DNA of 64,000 nucleotides, taken from the IMG/VR virus record IMGVR_UViG_3300031992_000077, positions 13,329 to 77,328 of that record; one strand, written 5' to 3'. The notes below the pieces were generated by a model. It was not told where the DNA came from. It made no database searches and saw only the letters and a program-made list of their open reading frames with translations. The position numbers and the translations under genes are program-made. This document shows positions 56,701 to 64,000 of this stretch, one piece after another. The stretch comes from a virus (Duplodnaviria; Caudoviricetes). Every line of letters starts with the position of its first letter. Position 1 is the stretch's first letter.

Positions 56701-58653
56701 AAGTTTATTAACTATCTATAATAATTTTGTAAGTGCATCAACAGCACCCTTTAAGACCGCGTTATTCGCAAGACCCATCGCAAATTCATCCCACGCATTC
56801 TTTAAACGCGCGAGTTTTGATTGCATAGAATCCTAAGTCTTTTCAAATTGCTTCTCTGCAGCACCATTACTATTATACGCCGCACTAACTAATTCTTGTG
56901 TACGCGCATAATCTGCCATCAATGCAATAAAACGAGACTGTTGACGAGAGCCCGCAGCCTATGTTGCGATATATCTCTATTGAATATTAGTAAGTGAATC
57001 CCACTTAGAGGCTAATTCAATAAATATATCATCTAATCCAACTTCACCAAGGAAATATTTGTTTAAATCAATTCCAGCAGTACGAAGCGCGGCAGATACT
57101 TTATTAACATCAATTACTTGCCCTTCTTCATCCTAACCTTTTAATTCTTCTTTATCATAAAGTTTCTTAACTTCAGAAAATCTAGCTACAACTGTCTTTA
57201 ACGCAGTACCGGCAGTTTCAGCAGATTCTCTTGTGCTTTCAATAATCTATGCCAAGAACGCCGCAGTAGTTTCAAACTCCATATTAGCGTTATGCGCCAA
57301 TGAAGCTACCTTGGTCATAGCAGTAGAAATTTCGTCTACATTAGAAGCAGACATAGCCGCTAACTGAGAATACACATCATCTACTCGTTGCGCCTATGCT
57401 GTATTTAATTCCATATTAAAACCACGCAAAGCGTTAGTCATACGGTCAGTAGCATCTGCCGCGTCAAGACCCGCAATACGCGCCATCTTCAATGTCTCAG
57501 TTGAAAGCGCCGCTGCCTATTCTGTATTTAAGCCCTACTGATAATACAGTGTCGCGCTCTCATAAGCTTCTTTGGTTGTTACACCTAATTGATTCGCGCG
57601 TTTTGTGTATTCTGGTAGCTACTTCCACATATCTTTAATAGTATAATTAGTAACTACCGCAGTTTCAGTCATAGCTTTATCAAGTTCTTTTATTGTACTA
57701 AAAGAACTACGAATTGCACGTTTAACTAAATTAATAGCATTTGCAAGACCAAGAAAATATTGAATACGACTTTTTACTTGGTCTAATTCAGAACCAAATT
57801 GACCAGCACTTATGGTTAAATCTTTAAGAGGTTTTTCAGTATTTCTAGTTTCTTGAGCCAATTGACTCATAGTATTAGTACAATTACTTAATTGATTATT
57901 AAGTTCTTGCGCTGCCTATGTAGAAATCTAAAGCCCTTCACTCTATTTAAAATCTATTTTTCCCTATATATTCTAAGCTTCTTTTTCGGCTTCTTTCATT
58001 ATATTAATAATAGCCTAATACTAATTGATAATTTCTTTGGCAGTTTGATTTCCTTTTCCTTCGCCAGAAGCCAATCCAGTATAACTTTTTTTAGCTTTTT
58101 CTATTAAATCTATAGCTCTCTAAATATCTTTTACATCTGTAGCACCCTTAAAAATATCTAAAGCATCAGTAATTTTCCCTTTAGACTTTTCAGTCTTAAG
58201 TTTACTCATTACCTATTCTATCTTTTTCAGCCCGTCCGGTGTAATATTATTTAACTATTTCTATAAATCTTCTATTTCTTTTTTAATGCCTTCTAATTTC
58301 TATTTTACACTATCATCTATTTTTATCCAATTATTTAAATCTATCTAATCACCAAACTAGCTTCTGATTTTCTATACAATCTAATCATACTTTTCCATCC
58401 CAGCAATTACTTTATCAAAAGATTTATTAATTGCTGTGGCATCAGCTTTATTTTTTATACCCTAACGACTTTTTGCCTAAAAATCATTTAAAGCTTTATC
58501 TAATTCATTAAAAGCATTATTAAAACTACTACGTAAATTATCTGGTAATTTCAAATTATTTAAAGTAGTTTGGATATTTTTAATTTTTGCCTAGGCATCC
58601 CCAGCATCAAATAAAGCTTTAATATTAACGGTATAACTCGTACTGTTTCCCAT
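50743..58653 (-). CDS. Tape measure protein, about 2636 aa (very many TAG)
   Basis: TP901-type core ETAVVT...ATLYYQ(Q)GL...TLKMARIAGLDAADATDRMTNALRGF...TAGTALKTVVARF; GEEGPEL motif; six track fragments share one frame. Confidence 0.9.
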
Positions 58654-58670
58654 TTGCTTTACCTCACAAA

Positions 58671-58705
58671 ATAAAAATCGACATTAACCCTAAAGTTAAT
58701 GCCGA
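58671..58705 (-). terminator. Hairpin with U-tract upstream of the tape measure gene
   Basis: TCGGCATTAAC/GTTAATGTCGA stem followed by TTTTTAT. Confidence 0.6.
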
Positions 58706-58712
58706 CTTAATT

Positions 58713-59501
58713 TTACATATCGCTATCTATATCATCGTTAAGGAAGTACATCTCTATAACTCTAGAATTCATTCGACTATCCTCAGGGATAATCTTTCCT
58801 TGAATTCTTCCCACCATGGGATTCGCTTTCTCTCCTAAACTCATAGATAAGTCAGACATTAACTTTAACTTTGGAATAATTATTATTCCCGTATGTGTTT
58901 GACCTGTTACGTCATCCTTAATCTTTGTTCTTCCTTCAAGTCGTAAATATCCTTTTATAAGACGCTAACCGATATTTACAACGCTTCCGCCATTTTCATA
59001 TTCATAATTATAATCTACTATTATATTTGTATATGGATAAATTACCTAATATTTGCCTTCTTCAATTTCTTCATAAGATAATTTTTCACCGTTATCCAAT
59101 TTATAAGCAAAAAATTTACCATAAGGCTTTTCTTTTAATTCAAAAATACCATTATCATTTGTTTCTAACTCTTCTCTTATTGGGACTATTATTTTTTCTT
59201 CAGGTGTAATATTAACTAATTTAGAATTACTCAAAAGTGCAAACTATGCTTTAGAAAAGATTCCTCTTTCCATTATAAAGTTTATTTCTTTTGTAGTTTC
59301 CCACCATACATGCGCGCGGTCATCAAAACCGCCGTGCGCGGTTACATAACTTTTAATTTCTTGAAAGTTTGAAATTTGTATATTATCAAAGAAACAAATA
59401 GTTTCTCCTTCTTCTATTTGTCTACCACCAATCTCTATAGGATAAGTAGCTTTTAGGCTTACATCGTATAATTCTTTAATCCCAAATTCATTTAAAGCCA
59501 T
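58713..59501 (-). CDS. Second tail-tube-like protein (paralogue of the major tail protein), 262 aa (TAG=Gln)
   Basis: GIKELYDV, TAHGG, GYLRLEG...IIIPKVKVMS mirror motifs of 59574-60446. Confidence 0.7.
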
Positions 59502-59523
59502 AACTCTATAACTCCTTAAAAAT

Positions 59524-59555
59524 AAAAGGTGGAAGAATTCCTTCCTCCACCTTTT
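59524..59555 (-). terminator. Intrinsic terminator after the major tail gene
   Basis: AAAAGGTGGA...TCCACCTTTT. Confidence 0.75.
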
Positions 59556-59573
59556 AAAATTAACCATTTACTA

Positions 59574-60446
59574 TTACTTTAAGTCATACTGTACGAGCTT
59601 CATCATATCGCCATCTTCAGGACGGAGAACGGTGAGATTCATGTTAAATACAGCGGGATCGCCCTCAGCTTCCAAAGTAATCGTATTCTCAGAGGTCATC
59701 TTGGCCTTCGGAATAATGAACTGGAAGAACTGATCGGAACCATCAACATCAGAACGAGCATAAGTATCGCCCTGAACGTAATAGGTACCTGGGAACGTAT
59801 CGCCAGAAATGATGATTTCGGACTTATCAGCAGGAACAGTATAGTCAATCAGAACTTTCTAACCACCCTTGCTAGCAATAGCAGTATTAATTGCCTCTAA
59901 TCCCATAGTGGCTGTATCAGAAGCACTTCCTAATACCGTACCATCTTCACCAGTAACTTTTCTTACATTTAAGCCCCTGGTAACTGCTGCGGAGAAGAGA
60001 ATCATATTCGCTCTCGCTGTAGTGGTTTCCTTCATATCAACCTTAACGCGCTCAGAACTACCAGTAGCAGAGTTATAAAGGTCAACCATAATATAATCAA
60101 TATAATCAGTAGCCGAGTCAATAACACGAGCCATAATTGTACGAGAAACCGTACCAGTAGATTTGGGAGTGGCAACGCCATTACCAAACATGATAGCCAT
60201 AGACTTGGCAGAGAACAAAGCGTCTTCAATAGAAACTGTGATTTCCTTGCCATAATCCCAGGTTACAAGCTTAGGATTACCCTTACCACCACGAGCATCT
60301 ACAGATTCAGCCGTCTGCTCAATGGTAGAAACTTTTAATGTATCAAGGTATAATACGGGGTCGCCCTAAGTACCATCAGGCTTAATTTTATAGAAAGTAA
60401 CATCTGCAACCTCTTTAATACCATAACGGTCTAAAATACTTGCCAT
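59574..60446 (-). CDS. Major tail tube protein, 290 aa (2 TAG)
   Basis: GGAGG RBS; GIKEVADV...DARGGKGNPKLVTWDYGKEI...FPGTYYVQG...FIIPKAK; biased codon usage; strong terminator downstream. Confidence 0.8.
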
Positions 60447-60463
60447 GTATAATAGCCTCCTAA

Positions 60464-61222
60464 TTATTTGTCGTTATTTTTATTCATCCAATACTATACT
60501 TTAATTTTTTTGCTATCCGCACCAGCGAGTAAACTTCGAATATCAATATCATATTTTTCTTTCTATTGATATTTCTCAACTAACTTTTTAGATGCCGCAT
60601 AGCTTATCTCTCCGATATTAAGTGGATTTAAACCAATACCCATACAACAAATTGAGATTAAAGTTTCTTCAAAAGTAATTCCAATTCCTTTTTTAGCTTT
60701 AACTCTATCTCTATAACGTGCCTTTGCCTTCATTTCTTTAATACGCGGATTCTCATTTGGATTAGGGGCATCTAGTTCTTTATCACCTAACGAACGCCGT
60801 ATCGCATTTTGAAATTCAAAAAAATTATCTTGATTAATAATTCTCAATTCATTCATCATATTTTCAATACTAGAAATCTTTAAAAATTCTGTTTCTAAAT
60901 TTCCAATAACAATACTGCCTGCCGCGTACTATAAACTAACTGGTTCGCGCAGATATAACTCAAAACTATCTAAAACTTTCTTCTCAAATTCTTTATTATA
61001 TTGTGAATTACCCATTATATATGTAAATGGGTCTGGTGGTTTAATAGATTTTCCTTCATCATTCACTTTATCAATAAAATAATCTTCTAATTCTTCCTAT
61101 GAAATAGTAAGAATATTAATTAATTGTTTTGTTTCTTCTCTTAAAACCTAATTGACTGTAGGCGGATAAATAGTACATAATTCTTTAAATTTTTGCGGTA
61201 TACATAAAAATGGCTCAATCAT
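60464..61222 (-). CDS. Tail assembly/chaperone-like protein, 252 aa (TAG=Gln)
   Basis: Single frame through TAGs; located between the neck and tail-tube genes. Confidence 0.55.
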
Positions 61223-61706
61223 AAGAAGTTAAGTAGAAATACTACTCATATGCACTAATTTCTTCTGTTAAGAAGTTCAATTCAAAATCTCCGCCCTATA
61301 ACTTACCTAATCCATTTATAGTCTTTCCATTCAAAGATTCCTATATTTCTCCTAAAATAGCAAACGGGCGCAACTACACATCTTTAATTATCCACTATGT
61401 AAGCGGTACAAACACTTCAATATTAATACTTACATCTTTAAATTCACTATTTTCATCATTCTCACGCCCGCGTGTAATACGCATAGTAACTATAGAATGA
61501 GAGGTTTCTTTTGGACCAACACGAGGCACTATTTTAACTAACTTTTCAAAAACTTCATTCTATATCTATTCATCTGTTAAATCCGGCTAACTTAATGGGT
61601 CTTTATCAGTATAATATAATAATTTAAGTAATTTCTAGTTCGCTAAAAGCCGTTTCATAATCTTTTGCGCGTTCTCACCTAAATCTCTACAATTCCTAAC
61701 TCCCAT
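61215..61706 (-). CDS. Neck/tail-terminator-like protein, 163 aa (TAG=Gln)
   Basis: LLAN(Q)KLLKLLYY...INIEVFVP...RPFAILGEI; GGTGAG RBS; position in the neck module. Confidence 0.6.
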
Positions 61707-62431
61707 TAACTCTCACCACCTTTATTCAACCAATAAAAGTCGTCCGGGTTATCTCCCTATTCTTGTTCTGGTTTGGGAGAATGGTCATATACATAAATTG
61801 GGTCAATACTTACAAATTCAACCCCAGGTGTAGACTATCTATCATAACCTGTAACTCTATACGCCTCTATTAATTCTCCCTCTCCAATCTCAAAATAGTC
61901 ATCTTTATGTAAATCTTTATTGAGTGGAATAACCATAAAACTAAGTTTTAAGTTTTCAGAATATATAGTATCCATACGACTACGAGAACGAATTTCATCT
62001 TTCAACATATTATCTTCTTGGCCATAAAAATAAGCCAAAGTTGAAAAAGTCTATTCTTCTCTCTACCACGTAATCGTATGAGTCATCTTTAACATAACAT
62101 AACGATTATACCCACTGGCTTTAATATTTTCAAGCCAGTAAACCATCCAAGGGATTAATTCTAAATCCTTATTCGGAAGATAAAGAATCGTTCCAGCAGG
62201 AATATTTAAACTAACTCTAGTTAATAGATAAGCACGAGTTTCAGTTTCATCCTATTTATATCTCTCTAAAAGTCCAGGACATTCTTCATCATCATACTCA
62301 AAGTCTATCCTATAAACGCTTTTCATTAATAAATGTTCAAACTATTTCTCACGCTGAGTCTAAATTCGGGACTAATAATTTAAACCATATCTATTTAACC
62401 TTTTCAAATATATATCTTCAAAATAACTCAT
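61706..62431 (-). CDS. Head-closure/neck-like protein, 241 aa (TAG=Gln)
   Basis: MSYFEDIYLKRLNRYG...AYRVTGYDR(Q)STPGV; position in the neck module. Confidence 0.6.
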
Positions 62432-62695
62432 TTACTTTGAAAGTAATCCCATACATTCAAATATGGTCTTACGAAAATACTCATAATCTAAATAACGCAG
62501 AGAATTAGTTTTATTTACTAGTTCTACCCAGTTAATACTGCGCTCTTCTTCTGGAAAACCATAAAGTTCAATAATAATAGAGTCAAGAAATTTTTCCCAA
62601 TCTCTACCTTTCTCTTTTTCACAAAGCAAACCAAAATACTTATTCTTCAACTTATTGAAATAAGCTTCTGTTAAAATTTCACTACTACTGCTCAT
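62432..62695 (-). CDS. Hypothetical neck-region protein
   Basis: 87 aa; abuts its neighbours. Confidence 0.65.
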   Translation of the reverse strand: MSSSSEILTEAYFNKLKNKYFGLLCEKEKGRDWEKFLDSIIIELYGFPEEERSINWVELVNKTNSLRYLDYEYFRKTIFECMGLLSK

Positions 62696-62697
62696 AT

Positions 62698-63123
62698 TTA
62701 CTCTCCCGCAAGAGAAGTAAAATCAAACGGTTTACCGTCATAAGACCTATAATACACTCTTTCTAGTTTAAGTGCATTATATTTCTCCGCTTCCAACATA
62801 GACTGAAATTTTGCTAATAAGTTTGCTTGTGAAAAATCTCGCTCTTCATAAAGCGGCTTTACGTTTTCCCAAGTAAGAATAGTCCTATTTAACCACTCAC
62901 ATTTCATATAAGTAGCTAATATCTGAATCTCTATGTTACTTAAATCTTCCTCAAAACCGTAGTCCCCACGGCTAAGAGAAGTGCGAGGGAATTTAAACCA
63001 AGGAATAGCGCCTTCTAAAAGCGCGCGCAAATCCTAATTCACTTCATCCTCGGTCCAAAAACCCCATTCATCATCCAATATCTTTGCCAAAAAGGCATCA
63101 TATACAGTTTGATAAGAGGTCAT
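62698..63123 (-). CDS. Head-tail adaptor-like protein, 141 aa (1 TAG)
   Basis: MTSYQTVYDAFLAKILDDEW...N(Q)DLRALLEGAIPWF...EIQILATYMKCEW...DFSQANLL; GGAGG RBS. Confidence 0.65.
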
Positions 63124-63137
63124 ATATTAAACCTCCA

Positions 63138-63635
63138 TTATTTCTTTTCGGCCTTTGCAGCCTCTTCATCCTTCTGGTTTTCTTCAAGAACCTTATAAAT
63201 ATTAATCATCGCGCGATCTTGAATATAGTTTTTCTTGTCAACACTAGGTGTCAATTTATTCTCAATCGCATACTGCGCCAACAGCACAATCTAATCATTA
63301 GATACCTTATCTAAGCCTTCCTTGAAATCATGGAACGGCATTACAGTAAGATACCTCTTCATCTGTGCCTCATTAAGAATAATAATATTTACCGGCTCTT
63401 CCGCATCTTCTGGCTCAAGACCATATTCTTTCTTAATTTCCATGTCTTCAGTATAAAGAATACCCTTCTCAAACATATTGCGCGAACCAGTATCATACAT
63501 CATCGTATCAAAAATATCATGCGATACACTAAATTTATCTCCCTTCTTCAACCATGTATGCGTAAAGTGAATATCAGGCAACGTAATACCGACACGAGCA
63601 TTAATAGTATTAACAATAACAACTTTTCCTTCCAT
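63138..63635 (-). CDS. Protein immediately downstream of the capsid gene, 165 aa (1 TAG)
   Basis: AAGGAG RBS; reads through ND(Q)IVLLAQYAIE to TAA. Confidence 0.65.
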
Positions 63636-63668
63636 AATAGAATTCTCCTTTTAACTCCTTAGAATTTT

Positions 63669-63703
63669 AAAATAGGGGAGGGGAATTGCCCCTCCCCAAT
63701 AGA
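63669..63703 (-). terminator. Intrinsic terminator after the capsid gene
   Basis: GGGGAGGGG/CCCCTCCCC stem. Confidence 0.75.
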
Positions 63704-63720
63704 TATTAAATTAAATTAAA

Positions 63721-64000
63721 TTATATACCATAGGGATTGTCCATAACAGGAGTCTGAATGGCCTGGTTCTGATAAATACCCCAGTTGTTATAACTGAGAA
63801 TACCGCAGCCCATCTTCTTCCAAACATGGATTTCCATAGAGTTATCATAATTGTCGTGGTCCTTAATCTGGGTTTCGCCCTCAAGAACAACCTTTACGAC
63901 CTTCTCACCACCGGTAGGAAGGACATAAGCAATAGAGGGGTCAATCCAAACCTTATCATTATTCTCGTCAACAAAGGACTGAGGAATCTGAACAATAGGA
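63721..64000 (-). CDS. Probable major capsid protein, C-terminal 93 codons (continues off the right edge)
   Basis: PIVQIPQSFVDENN...VKVVLEGETQI...MEIHVWKKMGCGI...; strongly biased codons; terminator then neck genes follow. Confidence 0.7.
   Translation of the reverse strand, partial: PIVQIPQSFVDENNDKVWIDPSIAYVLPTGGEKVVKVVLEGETQIKDHDNYDNSMEIHVWKKMGCGILSYNNWGIYQNQAIQTPVMDNPYGI

Noticed and set aside
33000-63635. Apparent pseudogenisation or sequencing errors fragmenting the structural genes
   Set aside because: Interruptions are only TAG, fragments stay in one frame, and RBSs and TAA ends are intact; decay would also give TAA, TGA and frameshifts.

Overview
This is a 64 kb segment of a large, AT-rich (roughly 30% GC by eye) tailed phage with siphovirus-type tail genes, most likely infecting a gut Bacillota/Clostridia host (inferred from sigmaA-type promoters, AGGAGG RBSs and the gene set). 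The supplied ORF track is misleading because it was computed in the standard code: in this phage TAG is read as glutamine (translation table 15). With TAG=Gln, dozens of fragments join into full-length genes that end in TAA or TGA, and TAGs sit at conserved Gln positions in SHMT, RecJ, a UvrD-like helicase, a papain-like protease and dUTPase. Layout: (i) 1-1827, minus strand, small virion/tail-fibre-associated genes; (ii) 2036-32954, plus strand, DNA metabolism arm (ligase, nucleases, holin-like gene, SF1 helicase, GyrB/GyrA, SSB-like, Sak4-like ATPase, DnaB, primase, RecJ, DnaE, NrdH/NrdD/NrdG, GlyA, C1A peptidase, ThyX, dUTPase, RuvC-like); (iii) 32991-64000, minus strand, late arm (major capsid C-terminus, neck, two tail-tube paralogues, 2636-aa tape measure, Dit-like, large tail-tip and fibre genes, and a five-gene accessory cassette). 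TAG use is strongly non-random: the core replisome genes and the capsid fragment have none, nucleotide-metabolism enzymes mostly have one essential TAG, and lysis and minor tail genes have many. GCGCGC is conspicuously over-represented. No tRNA, release factor, integrase, CRISPR array or reverse transcriptase was seen, so the recoding machinery must lie outside the window. Joined coordinates were translated by hand; the longest genes were only spot-checked for frame continuity.
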